Shown piece by piece: positions 46,197 to 55,401 of a stretch of 64,000 nucleotides of DNA; the stretch's first letter is position 1, and every line of letters begins with the position of its first letter. Source of the DNA: Planctomycetota bacterium (GTDB lineage Bacteria; Planctomycetota; UBA1135; GCA-002686595); contig DUCM01000011.1 in the NCBI GenBank assembly GCA_012959785.1, forward strand, positions 61,824 through 125,823, in the 5' to 3' direction. Position numbers and translations under genes: made by a program. Under the pieces are notes generated by a model. The model saw only the letters and a list, made by a program, of their open reading frames with translations. It was not told the origin of the DNA and searched no databases.

Positions 46197-46626
46197 TCGA
46201 GCTATTCTGACTAAGAGGAGACCCACCATCAGATCCGAGCAACTCGCGGCCGCAGCAGCCTGGCTGGCCGATCAAAAAAAGGCCCAGGACATTCGTATCT
46301 ACGATGTCGGGGAGGAGTTGCAGGTGGCCGACTACTTCGTGGTCATAACGGGGCTCAATCGTCCCCATGTGAAAGCCATCTACCAGGAGCTGCATGTGCG
46401 CCTGAAGGCCGCGGGCGAGATCCACGCCCGGGCTGAGGGCGCGGATACCGCTTGGTGGGTGCTGCTCGATTACGGGGATGTGGTGGTCCACATTCTCCAG
46501 AGCGAGGCCCGCGAGTACTACGACCTCGACCGCCTCTACCAGACCTGCCGAGGCCTCGAATGGCCCTCGGTGGACCTGCCCGAGCTGCCGGAGCCGGCCC
46601 AGCACCGCAGGGCCGCGGGCGAGTAG
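46165..46626 (+). CDS. rsfS: Ribosome silencing factor RsfS (iojap-like)
   Basis: [27 protein letters not shown].....[29 protein letters not shown]. The listed start (TTG 46165) overlaps hppA by 32 nt. An in-frame ATC at 46228 follows a strong AAGAGGAGA by 6 nt. The start is therefore uncertain. Confidence 0.85.
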   Translation: MRWFSCPGSSDRAILTKRRPTIRSEQLAAAAAWLADQKKAQDIRIYDVGEELQVADYFVVITGLNRPHVKAIYQELHVRLKAAGEIHARAEGADTAWWVLLDYGDVVVHILQSEAREYYDLDRLYQTCRGLEWPSVDLPELPEPAQHRRAAGE

Positions 46627-46673
46627 CCCGGGAAGGCCCGCTCCAACCTGGGCTGCTCGGAGCGAGCTGCCTC

Positions 46674-46699
46674 CTGGTGATGTGCTCTGGCGATGTGCT
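46674..46699 (+). repeat. 13-nt tandem direct repeat TGG[T/C]GATGTGCTC x2
   Basis: 46674-46686 tggtgatgtgctc and 46687-46699 tggcgatgtgctc, in the 206-nt gap between rsfS and the DUF255 gene. Confidence 0.9.
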
Positions 46700-46832
46700 C
46701 CAGAAGACTGGAGTGGGAGAAAATTCAGCCGATAATAGGCCGTGCGAGGCCCGTGCCGTGGGCGCACAATGCGAGTCCGGGGCGATCCTCGCCCGCTCTC
46801 CCCTCCCCACGCTCCCATCCCCGCCCTCATCC

Positions 46833-48581
46833 ATGCAATGGCACGACTGGAACGATGACGCCTTTCAAGAAGCCCGCGAGCGCGGGTCTCTGGTGCTGTT
46901 GTTCGTCAAGGCATCTTGGTGCCGCTGGTGCAAGGAACTCGAGGAGCGGGTGCTCTCGGACGAGCGCGTGACCGAACGGCTGGCGGCGAATTTTGTGGCC
47001 ATCGCCGTGGACAAGGATCGCCGCCCCGACATCGACTCGCGCTACACCCGCCGCGGCTGGCCGACCCTGGCCTGGCTAGACTCCCAGGGCGAACTCCTCG
47101 GTGCAGACAACTTCCTCGATGTCGAGCCCCTGCTCGAACGCCTCGAAGATGTGGTCGAATGGCACCGCGCCGGCCCCCACCTCGTGCGTCAGCGACTCAG
47201 CGAACTGAATCAACCGGCTGACCCGCCGAGCCCGCCCAAGCCAGCGGTGAGCACCGCCTTGGGCACACCCAAGGTCGAGCTTTCCCTGGACATCGTCGAG
47301 AGCGTGGCCCAGTCCGTGCTGGAGTCCGCCGATCCGATCCACGGAGGCTGGGGCAAGGCGCACAAATTTCCCCACCCCGAAGCGATCGACTTCGCTCTGG
47401 TCCGCTGGTCCCAAACGGGCGATCCCCAGATGCTCTCCCTGGTGCGGCGCACCCTGCGCAAGATGCAGGAGGGCGAGATCCACGACTCGGTCGAGGGCGG
47501 TTTCTATCGCTACGCGACGCAAGCGGATTGGGGCGTGCCAAACCATGAGAAGATGCTCGACAGCAACGCGCAACGCGCCTTCGCCTACCTCGAGGCCTTT
47601 CAGGCCCTGGGCGACGAGAGCTTCGAAGCGACGGCGCGCGGCGCGCTGGAGTGGATGACCAGCACCCTCTTCGACCCCGAGACCCACGCCTTCCGCGGTA
47701 GCCAGGACGCCGACTCCGAGTACGCCCGCCTGAGCACGCGGGAAAAGCGCGCGCAACGGGGAGCACCAAGTTGCGACTCGACCATCTTCGCCAACTGGAA
47801 CGCCATGACTGTCTCGGTGCTGCTCAAGGCCGATGCGGTCCTTTGCGAGCGGCGCTGGCGCGATCACGCCGTGGACACGCTCGAGTTCCTCACCACCGAA
47901 CTCTGGGACAGTAGCAAGGGCGTCTATCACTACTGGGACGGCGATCGGCACATCAGCGGCATGCTGCGGGACCAGGCCTACACCCTGCGGGCCCTGATCG
48001 ACGCCGTGCAGTTCGGAGCGCAGAACCAATACCTCGAAACGGCCTGTCAATTGGCCGACCTCTCGATCCGTCAACTGCGGGCCGACAACGGCGGTTTCTA
48101 CGACAAAACCCACGATCCCCACGCCCGCGGCGGGCTGCGCAAGCGCAATCGCTCGATCCTGGAGAACTCGATCATGGCCGAAGCCCTGCTGCGGCTCTCG
48201 CACCTGACCGGTGACCGCGGCTATGAAAATTGCGCCCGGGAAGCCCTGGCATCCTTCGCCCATGACTACAAACGCTACGGCCACTGCGTGGCTGGCTACG
48301 CCCGAGCCGTGGACCTGTTCTTCCATGTGCCGGTGGTAGTCACGATCGTGGGCGAGCACAACTCGCCGGCCGTGGCCGCCTTGCAGCAGGCGGCGCTCAA
48401 GCCCTACATCGCCAGCCGTGTGGTGCGCCTCTTCGATCCCGAACGGGATGCGCAACTGTTGGCCCGCGTGGGCCTCGAGGGATCTCCCGGCGCCGCCCAC
48501 GCCTATGTGGAGCGCGGTCGCGAGAGCTATGCCGAGACCGACGATCCGCGCCGCCTGGCTGCGCTGATGATGCGCACCTGA
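46833..48581 (+). CDS. Thioredoxin-domain (DUF255) protein with N-acylglucosamine-2-epimerase-like (alpha/alpha)6 domain (YyaL/SPATA20-like)
   Basis: MQWHDWNDDAFQEARERGSLVLLFVKASWCRWCKELE... is the DUF255 N-terminus. A long helical C-terminal domain follows. ATG 46833. Confidence 0.8.
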   Translation: MQWHDWNDDAFQEARERGSLVLLFVKASWCRWCKELEERVLSDERVTERLAANFVAIAVDKDRRPDIDSRYTRRGWPTLAWLDSQGELLGADNFLDVEPLLERLEDVVEWHRAGPHLVRQRLSELNQPADPPSPPKPAVSTALGTPKVELSLDIVESVAQSVLESADPIHGGWGKAHKFPHPEAIDFALVRWSQTGDPQMLSLVRRTLRKMQEGEIHDSVEGGFYRYATQADWGVPNHEKMLDSNAQRAFAYLEAFQALGDESFEATARGALEWMTSTLFDPETHAFRGSQDADSEYARLSTREKRAQRGAPSCDSTIFANWNAMTVSVLLKADAVLCERRWRDHAVDTLEFLTTELWDSSKGVYHYWDGDRHISGMLRDQAYTLRALIDAVQFGAQNQYLETACQLADLSIRQLRADNGGFYDKTHDPHARGGLRKRNRSILENSIMAEALLRLSHLTGDRGYENCAREALASFAHDYKRYGHCVAGYARAVDLFFHVPVVVTIVGEHNSPAVAALQQAALKPYIASRVVRLFDPERDAQLLARVGLEGSPGAAHAYVERGRESYAETDDPRRLAALMMRT

Positions 48582-49238
48582 GTGTTGCGAAACACCGCCT
48601 GGCGAGTTGTCTTCTGCCTCGTGTGCGCGGCCTGCGCCCGTAGCGATGACGAGTGGCGTGGCGACCTCAAGAACCCAGATCCCCATGTGCGCGGCCTGGC
48701 AGCCATCGGCTTGAGCCTGCAGGCGCCGCGCGCGGCCGAGGCCGCCCTGCCGGTGCTCTTGAAGACCATCGACCGTTCCGATGTGGGCCTCGAGCGCGAG
48801 GCGGCCCGGGCGCTCTCCCTGCTGGCGCCCGAACATGTCGAGTGGCTGCTCGAAGAACTGGTCGGCAACAGCCTTATCAGCTCCGACCGGCGCGGCGCCA
48901 TGTTGAACGCCCTGGTGGCCTCGGGTGCCAAGGCCGCCGGCCCCATCGTGGTCTGCCTCCAGGGACCGGGACGGGATGTGGCGGACCAGTTGGGTGAAGT
49001 GCTGCTCCAAATCGGCGCGCCGGCAGTGCCCAGCCTCGTGCAATTGCTCGCAAGCCCGGACGACTTCAGCCTGCAAAACTACGCGGCCTTCCTGCTGGGC
49101 AAGCTGGGGCCGCGGGCGCGAGGGGCGCGGCCGGCCCTCGAAGAGGCGCTGAACTCTCCCGACAAGGGCGTGCGCCGCGCCGCCAGAGGCGCGCTGCAAT
49201 CCATGGGGCGTGGAAGAGGGGCGAGCAAGGGACCCTGA
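48582..49238 (+). CDS. HEAT-repeat lipoprotein
   Basis: GTG start 1 nt after the upstream TGA. Lipobox LVCAAC. Repeated D..VR..AA.AL HEAT-like units (DPHVRGLAAIGL, SPDKGVRRAARGAL). Confidence 0.6.
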   Translation: MLRNTAWRVVFCLVCAACARSDDEWRGDLKNPDPHVRGLAAIGLSLQAPRAAEAALPVLLKTIDRSDVGLEREAARALSLLAPEHVEWLLEELVGNSLISSDRRGAMLNALVASGAKAAGPIVVCLQGPGRDVADQLGEVLLQIGAPAVPSLVQLLASPDDFSLQNYAAFLLGKLGPRARGARPALEEALNSPDKGVRRAARGALQSMGRGRGASKGP

Positions 49239-49239
49239 T

Positions 49240-50757
49240 ATGTCGCCGCTCCAAGAAAAAAAACAGGCACTCGTGGTGCCGGTGCTGCTGGTGCTCGCCG
49301 GGTTCTTGAGCTTGCGCTCCCTGGCCCTGGCCCTCGCCTGGCGCGTGCCCTTGCAGTTCGTCCACGGGCTCTGGTTCTGGATAGGAATCGCAGGGTTGCT
49401 CGTGTCCCTGGCCGCCATCGTGGTGCAATTCCCGAAGCTCTGGCGCGCGGCGGCCAAGGGCGAAGTGCGCCCCGGCGCAGGTCCCCTGCGTGGGCTCTTC
49501 GTCGCGGCCGTCACGGGCTGGCTCCTGTTCCTTGCCTTCGCGCAGCCTTTTCAGAGCCTGCACTTGCAATTGGCCCTGGGTTTTTGCGCGGGAGGCTTCG
49601 CCATGGGGCTCTTGCTTGTGCGACGACTGCGCCGCAGCCACCCGCGGGGGCTGCGCGCCCTGGACCTATTGGCCTTCAGTCTGTGCGCCGCAGCCCTGGT
49701 CCTCGAACTCGGCCTGCGCGCCTGGAACAGCTACTCACCCTCGCCGCTCTTCAGCCGCGTCAGCGCCGGTCCCGGAGAACTCGTGCAACGCTATCGTTGC
49801 GCGCCCGGCGAAGTGCGCTTTGGCTTTCCGTGCAACAGTCGAGGCTACTACGACGGTGAGTTCTACGCCAAGGCAGCGCGCGCACAAGCGCCCCTCTGGG
49901 CCGTGGTGGGCGACTCTTTTTGCGTGGGCGCTGTGCCCCACGCTTTTCACTTCACAACCCTCTGCGAAGAGTTGCTTGGCGCCGAGATCTACAACCTGGG
50001 CGTGGCTGGCATCGGCCCGCCGGAATACGCGTACCTCGTTGCGGAAGAGGTCGCGGCTCTGGAGCCCGATCAAATTGTGCTAGCGCTCTTTGTCGGCAAT
50101 GATTTGACCATCAGCGCTGAACTGGGCCCGCGGGCCAGCTTGCGGCGTTGGTTCCAAGCCGAAGAGGTCTTCCTGTTCCTCCTGCCGCGGCGTCTGACGC
50201 GCATCGCCCGCGAGCGCGAACGACGCGGGGGCCTACCTGTGGCGGCGGTTCAGGGCCAGAATGAAGGCCAAGGCGCCACCAGTCGCGAAGCAGCCGCGGC
50301 GGCCTTTCCCTGGTTGCTCGACCCCAGCCTTGAGCAGGCCAGCCTCTCGGAGCCAACCTTCCTGGACCTGGAAGTCCAGCGCGCCCTGGAGCTCTGCGCC
50401 CACGAGCCCGTCTCCATGGACCTGGCCTACGCCGCCCTCCTCGAAGCCCGCGCCGCAGCGGGCCCAGTGCCCTTCGCGGTGCTCCTGATACCCGATGAGT
50501 TCCAGGTCGAAGACGACTTGTGGCACCAGATTGAACAACGCGCTGGCCGAACTCTACAGCGCGACCTGCCCCAAAAACTCCTGGGCGTCTGGCTCGCGGA
50601 ACAGGGCATCGACTACCTCGATCTCTTACCCGTCCTGCGCGCTGTGCCCGAACTCGACGACGGACAACGGCACGTCTACCATCTGCGCGACACGCACCTC
50701 AACGCCCGCGGCAACCGCGCCGTGGCCGAAGCGCTGGCACCTTTCCTGAGTCGTTAG
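49240..50757 (+). CDS. Membrane-anchored SGNH/AlgJ-AlgX-like hydrolase or O-acyltransferase
   Basis: Four N-terminal TM segments. VVGDSFCVG (block I-like) and C-terminal RDTHLNARGNRAVAEAL (DxxH/DTHW-like block). Confidence 0.55.
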   Translation: MSPLQEKKQALVVPVLLVLAGFLSLRSLALALAWRVPLQFVHGLWFWIGIAGLLVSLAAIVVQFPKLWRAAAKGEVRPGAGPLRGLFVAAVTGWLLFLAFAQPFQSLHLQLALGFCAGGFAMGLLLVRRLRRSHPRGLRALDLLAFSLCAAALVLELGLRAWNSYSPSPLFSRVSAGPGELVQRYRCAPGEVRFGFPCNSRGYYDGEFYAKAARAQAPLWAVVGDSFCVGAVPHAFHFTTLCEELLGAEIYNLGVAGIGPPEYAYLVAEEVAALEPDQIVLALFVGNDLTISAELGPRASLRRWFQAEEVFLFLLPRRLTRIARERERRGGLPVAAVQGQNEGQGATSREAAAAAFPWLLDPSLEQASLSEPTFLDLEVQRALELCAHEPVSMDLAYAALLEARAAAGPVPFAVLLIPDEFQVEDDLWHQIEQRAGRTLQRDLPQKLLGVWLAEQGIDYLDLLPVLRAVPELDDGQRHVYHLRDTHLNARGNRAVAEALAPFLSR

Positions 50758-50759
50758 CT

Positions 50760-52379
50760 TCAGGGAGCCAATTGCAGAACCTGCAACTCGGCGCTGGCGC
50801 TGCCCTGGTTGCGCACGAGGAAGGCGCGCTTGCCGTCGGGTGAAAGGGCCATGTGGCGAGAAGTGCCGCCTCCGGTGCCGGTGCCGAGGGGCACAAAACC
50901 CATGAGATCCAGGCTGTTCGCATCGGCCAGACGAATCCCCACCAGACCTCCGCCGGTTAGCAAGAGCACGGACTCGTCCGGCGCCGGAGTGATGCCAAAG
51001 GCATTCAGTACTGGATTGGAGCCGGAGAGACTGGCCGTGGTAGCGCCCAGAGAAACCCGTGCGAGCTTGCCCAAATCATCGCTAACCCAGGCGCGGCTGT
51101 CGCTGGAGTCGATGGCCACCGTGGCGATGTTGAAGGGCAAGGAAGTGGCTGGCACGGGCTGGTCCAGGGGCGCGGATGCTGTGAGCTCGGTGTCGAGGAA
51201 GTGCACTCCGTACAGCACGCCTCCTTGCCAGGCCAAAAGGGCCCGGGTTCCGTCGGAGGAAAGCGCCAAGGAGCCCATGACCATCGCTGGCTCCGAAAAA
51301 GTGGAGGAGTTGAAGCTGAGGTAGCCCGCACTTGAGGGATCGGCGTTCATGCGGTGGATGCGGCCGTCATCCCCTGCGCTATACAAGAGTTGAGCTGCTG
51401 GGGCCAGAGCCGATCCCGAGGGCCGCACACCTCCGGGCAGGGTGTGGGGACCTGTAACTGCATCGGTGACCACTTCGATCTCGTAGAGTGCGTCGGAACA
51501 GGTGACGAACACCCGCGAATCGTCGGCGCTGATTGCGAGTTCTTGGGGCAAGAGGCCCACGCCGATGGAGGCCACCTCTTGGAGGTAGTTGGGAGTTCCT
51601 GGTAGCGCACCGTACTTCAAGATCCTCGCCTCGTCGGGCCGGGCAATGAAGAGAAATGCAGAGTCAGAAGTGATCGCAAGGGCGCCGCTCTCAAAGGGCA
51701 GGGGCGCGATCTCAGTGGCTAGCCCAGAAATCACAAGGGGAACGCTTCCCTGTCCGCCGGCCTGGTTGATCGCGATGAGCTGCAAGGTCGTGGCTGCGCC
51801 CAGGGGCAACCTCCAACCTGGAATGTCAAAGGTGGTCAAGACTCCGGGGACCGTGTTGCCGCTGTCAATGGAGAGACCGTTCTGGAGTTCGAGTCGCCAG
51901 GCCACGGTGGGTGACTCCGGGTCATCGACCGAAAAACCACCGCTGCCCTCTTCGAGAAAGCCGAGCGGAGTGGGCAGGCCGCCCTGCAACAAGATGCTCG
52001 GCGGAGTCAGGTCGAAGGAGTAGGTTTCGCTGCGCACGACCTCGCTGTTGCCTTCTGCGTCGACGCCAAAAAAGCGCAGAGTCAGGGGATTGGAAATGCT
52101 TATGAGTAGCGGACTCGTGTCAGAGAAAGTGGTCAAGCCCCCCATTGCGGGCTGGCTGCCGTCAGTGGTGTAGTAGATCAGCGCCGGCTCATTGGATGTG
52201 AGGCTCACGGTCTGCACCACGGAGTACAGCCCACCCGAGGGAAAGGCCTCGGTGAAAGGCGCGGTGTCATCGACATCCGGCGGACCTCCTGGAGATGTCG
52301 CTGCGGAACCGCCTCCGCAACCCGCCAGGGCCAGGCCGCAGACGAAGAGCAGAGGGCTAGGAGTAGAGTCAGTGGACAT
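50760..52379 (-). CDS. Lipoprotein with chitobiase/FN3-associated-like domain and beta-propeller repeats
   Basis: ATG 52379 gives MSTDSTPSPLLFVCGLALAGC (lipobox). IYYTTDGSQP motif (CHB_HEX_C_1-like), followed by repeated YVTN/YncE-like propeller blades. Confidence 0.6.
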   Translation of the reverse strand: MSTDSTPSPLLFVCGLALAGCGGGSAATSPGGPPDVDDTAPFTEAFPSGGLYSVVQTVSLTSNEPALIYYTTDGSQPAMGGLTTFSDTSPLLISISNPLTLRFFGVDAEGNSEVVRSETYSFDLTPPSILLQGGLPTPLGFLEEGSGGFSVDDPESPTVAWRLELQNGLSIDSGNTVPGVLTTFDIPGWRLPLGAATTLQLIAINQAGGQGSVPLVISGLATEIAPLPFESGALAITSDSAFLFIARPDEARILKYGALPGTPNYLQEVASIGVGLLPQELAISADDSRVFVTCSDALYEIEVVTDAVTGPHTLPGGVRPSGSALAPAAQLLYSAGDDGRIHRMNADPSSAGYLSFNSSTFSEPAMVMGSLALSSDGTRALLAWQGGVLYGVHFLDTELTASAPLDQPVPATSLPFNIATVAIDSSDSRAWVSDDLGKLARVSLGATTASLSGSNPVLNAFGITPAPDESVLLLTGGGLVGIRLADANSLDLMGFVPLGTGTGGGTSRHMALSPDGKRAFLVRNQGSASAELQVLQLAP

Positions 52380-52417
52380 GGCAAGCGAGGCGAACTGAGT
52401 GCGCAGGGTGGAGAGGA

Positions 52418-52426
52418 GGGGGGGGG
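52418..52426. repeat. G9 homopolymer (C9 on the coding strand of the downstream lipoprotein gene)
   Basis: Counted directly: ...gaggagggggggggcgtg..., about 40 nt upstream of ATG 52379. Confidence 0.95.
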
Positions 52427-52437
52427 CGTGCTCGCCC

Positions 52438-53148
52438 TCAGCCCCTGCCCTTACCCAGGACGCCCAGGAGGGTTGCGTCCAATCGCCGGAAGAGTTCGCA
52501 GGTGGCGCGCACATCGCGCAGGCAGTACTCGCCGATATCCTCGATGCGACCGTCGCGGTAGGCCCGGGCCACCTGGCTGCCGTCGATCGATCCCTTGGGG
52601 CTCTCGATATCAAAGCGCCGGCACCAAAAGTCGAGAGAATAGCGGTCGCGACTGGCTCCCTGAAAACAAAGCACATCCATGAGGTCGCAGTGGGCATCGA
52701 GGGCGTAGCGGTTGGGCACCAGATTGCGCGAGGCTTGCACGCCGAGTTGCGCCGAGCGGATCATCATGATCGGTCCGTCGTAACCGCGACCGTTAAAGCT
52801 CACGAGCTGCGGCTTGCGGCGACTTCCACCCGGCGGGCCGATGATCTTCCAGAACTTTTCCAAGAGCTCCTGCTCGCTGCCGCGAAAGATCTTCGAGTCC
52901 TTGACCTTCTCCCACTCGTGCTCCTCGGCCCGCTCGCCTTCGAGCAGCAACAAACCGCGATTCTCCTCCACAAGCCACATGCCAATGGCAATCACCTTGC
53001 CCAAACCGGGCACCAGGGCTGTGCGTTCGGGCACGCCGTCACGCCGCTTGGGATCGCGTTCGCGGTTTAGCAAGTAGCCACGAGTGCTCTCGTCGACTTC
53101 GTCCCAGGCGAAACCAGCGACCTCGATGTCGTAGACGATTTTTTCCAT
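52438..53148 (-). CDS. RNase H-fold 3'-5' exonuclease related to the PolB exonuclease domain (PF10108-like)
   Basis: MEKIVYDIEVAGF (ExoI D-x-E), LVSFNGRGYDGPIM (ExoII) and EYCLRDVRATCELF (ExoIII Y-x3-D). Confidence 0.7.
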   Translation of the reverse strand: MEKIVYDIEVAGFAWDEVDESTRGYLLNRERDPKRRDGVPERTALVPGLGKVIAIGMWLVEENRGLLLLEGERAEEHEWEKVKDSKIFRGSEQELLEKFWKIIGPPGGSRRKPQLVSFNGRGYDGPIMMIRSAQLGVQASRNLVPNRYALDAHCDLMDVLCFQGASRDRYSLDFWCRRFDIESPKGSIDGSQVARAYRDGRIEDIGEYCLRDVRATCELFRRLDATLLGVLGKGRG

Positions 53149-53184
53149 GGCCCCACGATAGCGTCCGGGGGCCGGGGAGGCTCG

Positions 53185-55401
53185 TTATCGGTCCTTGGCC
53201 CGGATAGGGGCCAGTGCGATGCGTTTCGGCCCACGGACAAGGAAGGCCAGGGCGGCAAACCACAGAAGCGTCCCGAGGATATCCCGCGCCGCGGGCGGCT
53301 GGCTGGGTACGATCGAGGCACAGCCGCCTCCCCCGCCACCTGTATCCTCGGCCTGGAAGTTGAAGCCGCTGCTGAGTAGATCGATCTGGCCGGTGCCGGG
53401 GTTGCGCACCATAAGGGTGCTCATGCCCGCCCCCACCGCGGGCGTGGTGAAGGACAGGGTCGAGCTGTCAATGAAGGTGATGTTCCCGGCCAACACGCCG
53501 CCTTGCCCCGTGTTCTGATCAGCTGCGAATACGACCTCGGTCTGGGCAGTGAAGTTGGTGCCCGTGAGGGTCACGCCATCGCCGCCCTTGGCTGTGCCAC
53601 TTGCCGGAGTGACCTGGACGATGTTGGGATCGGCTGCGGCTACGAACGAGAACTGTGATGTGGCCGTGAAGCCGCCAGGATTCTCGACCTCTATCACTTT
53701 GAGACCGGTAGAGCTAGGCGAGGTCCAGAACTCAATTTTTTGCGTAGAGGGCACGCTGACCCCGGCCTGCACCACGCCATCGATGCGCACCACAACGCCA
53801 TCCACGAAGTTCTGGCCCGAGAGCACGACTCGGGTCCAACCGGACATGGAGCCCACGGCGGGAAAGACCAGGGTCAACTGGGGCGTGGCCACAACCTGGA
53901 AGGCGGCACTTTTGCGACCCTCGACTCCGCTGCTGTCGATCACGACAACATCCGAAATGCCCGGCTGGCTGGATTGGGTGGTGAGGGTGATGGTGGTCGA
54001 GTCAACCCAGGTGCAACCGGAGACCGCACCGTCTTCGTAGATCTCGCTGCCCACGACAACCCGACAACCGGGGTTGAAGTTGGTGCCTGTGATGGTCACG
54101 AGTGTGCCTCCTGCGAGATCGGCCTGGTTGGGACTGACGAGAGCCACGGTGGGATCGGGTGGCGTGATCTCGAGGCCGGCGACCAGCACGCTGCGGTCGC
54201 CGCTCGGGTTGGTGGCGATGAGATCCACATGACCGGGCGCTGCGCCGCCGGGAACGGTGACGCTGAAGCTAACTAGAGAGTTCGACCAGGTGCTGGGGGT
54301 CACCACCAGGGTCGGGTCGCTGGCCGAGAGGGTCGAGCCCGGACTGAGTCCCGTGCCGCGAGCTAGATGCACCGAAGTCTGGGAGCTCGGGCAACGCAAG
54401 GGGTAGCGGTCGTTGTTCTGACCCAGGCTGATGGTCACATCGGAGGCCACGAACACATTGCCGATGCTGCGGGACTCTCCCGCGGCGAGGGTCAGGCTGC
54501 CGTGGTCGCTGAGCTCGAAGTCGGTCTGCACAGTCCAGCCCGCGCCCAAGTTGGCCGCGCTCATCGGGCCTTCGAGCGGCGCCGCGTAGAGGTCGTACTG
54601 CCCCGCATCGAGGCCGCGCAGGGTGAAAGCTCCGGTGCTGCCGGCGAGGGCGGCGCCGGCGGTGCGGCCTTGGGAGTCCCGGACCACCACATGGGCCCCG
54701 GCCACCGGCGAAGAGTCCGCCGTGCGCCGCACGGTGCCCGAGATGCTGGCAAAGGAGCCCGAAGGATAAGCGGCACGCATTCCGTGGACATCATCCAAGC
54801 CCAGGCTGCGGTGCAGGATCACCGAGCTGGAGACATAGGGATACATGCTGGCCCCGGCCCAACCACTGTGGTCCAAACCCAAGAGATGCCCCAACTCGTG
54901 GGTAGCCACATCCTGGATGTCAAAGCGATTGGCTGCGCCCTTGGTGGTGAAGTTGTGGTTCTTGCCGTTGAAGATCACATCGGCGTCGGCGATGCGGCCA
55001 TCGGAGTAGAACCAGATGGGTGTGATAGCCACGATGCTCGAGGAGCCAGGGAAGTAGCCTGACGAGCCATCCTCATCAAACCAGATTTGATGCAGGTCAT
55101 AGCTCTGCCAATCGGTGCGCGCCTGGGCCGCCGCCGAGGTGTTTTCCGCCAGGTAACCGGTGCTGCCCGCGGCGTCATTCCAGGCGTCGATGGCATTGCG
55201 CAGAGCCGTCTCACAACTGCCATCGGATATGTTGTCCGAACCCACTGATGACGAGACGATGCTGATGTTGCCCGGGTTGCTCCAGAAGAGGAGGTTGCCG
55301 TTGGTGGAGTGCTTCAGGCGCATATGGGCCATGGAACCCACGGCCACGAGGGTCGCGCCCAAACCAAACAGCGCCAAACGGCGAAAGCTGATGCGCCTCA
55401 T
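53185..55401 (-). CDS. Secreted matrixin-family zinc metalloprotease with CarboxypepD_reg and three or more IPT/TIG domains and a C-terminal sorting-signal-like tail
   Basis: HELGHLLGLDH zinc motif. GTVRRTADSSPVAGAHVVVRD (regulatory-like domain). Repeated IPT/TIG units (SPNQADLAGGTLVTITGTNF, GWTRVVLSGQNF, GGDGVTLTGTNF). Tail is GGGGGGCAS + TM + RGPKR. Confidence 0.85.
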   Translation of the reverse strand: MRRISFRRLALFGLGATLVAVGSMAHMRLKHSTNGNLLFWSNPGNISIVSSSVGSDNISDGSCETALRNAIDAWNDAAGSTGYLAENTSAAAQARTDWQSYDLHQIWFDEDGSSGYFPGSSSIVAITPIWFYSDGRIADADVIFNGKNHNFTTKGAANRFDIQDVATHELGHLLGLDHSGWAGASMYPYVSSSVILHRSLGLDDVHGMRAAYPSGSFASISGTVRRTADSSPVAGAHVVVRDSQGRTAGAALAGSTGAFTLRGLDAGQYDLYAAPLEGPMSAANLGAGWTVQTDFELSDHGSLTLAAGESRSIGNVFVASDVTISLGQNNDRYPLRCPSSQTSVHLARGTGLSPGSTLSASDPTLVVTPSTWSNSLVSFSVTVPGGAAPGHVDLIATNPSGDRSVLVAGLEITPPDPTVALVSPNQADLAGGTLVTITGTNFNPGCRVVVGSEIYEDGAVSGCTWVDSTTITLTTQSSQPGISDVVVIDSSGVEGRKSAAFQVVATPQLTLVFPAVGSMSGWTRVVLSGQNFVDGVVVRIDGVVQAGVSVPSTQKIEFWTSPSSTGLKVIEVENPGGFTATSQFSFVAAADPNIVQVTPASGTAKGGDGVTLTGTNFTAQTEVVFAADQNTGQGGVLAGNITFIDSSTLSFTTPAVGAGMSTLMVRNPGTGQIDLLSSGFNFQAEDTGGGGGGCASIVPSQPPAARDILGTLLWFAALAFLVRGPKRIALAPIRAKDR

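Noticed and set aside
47076-49514. 812-aa ORF on the minus strand
   Set aside because: It is antisense to the DUF255, HEAT and SGNH genes. It has no recognisable domain and an Ala/Gly/Arg-rich composition. High-GC artefact.
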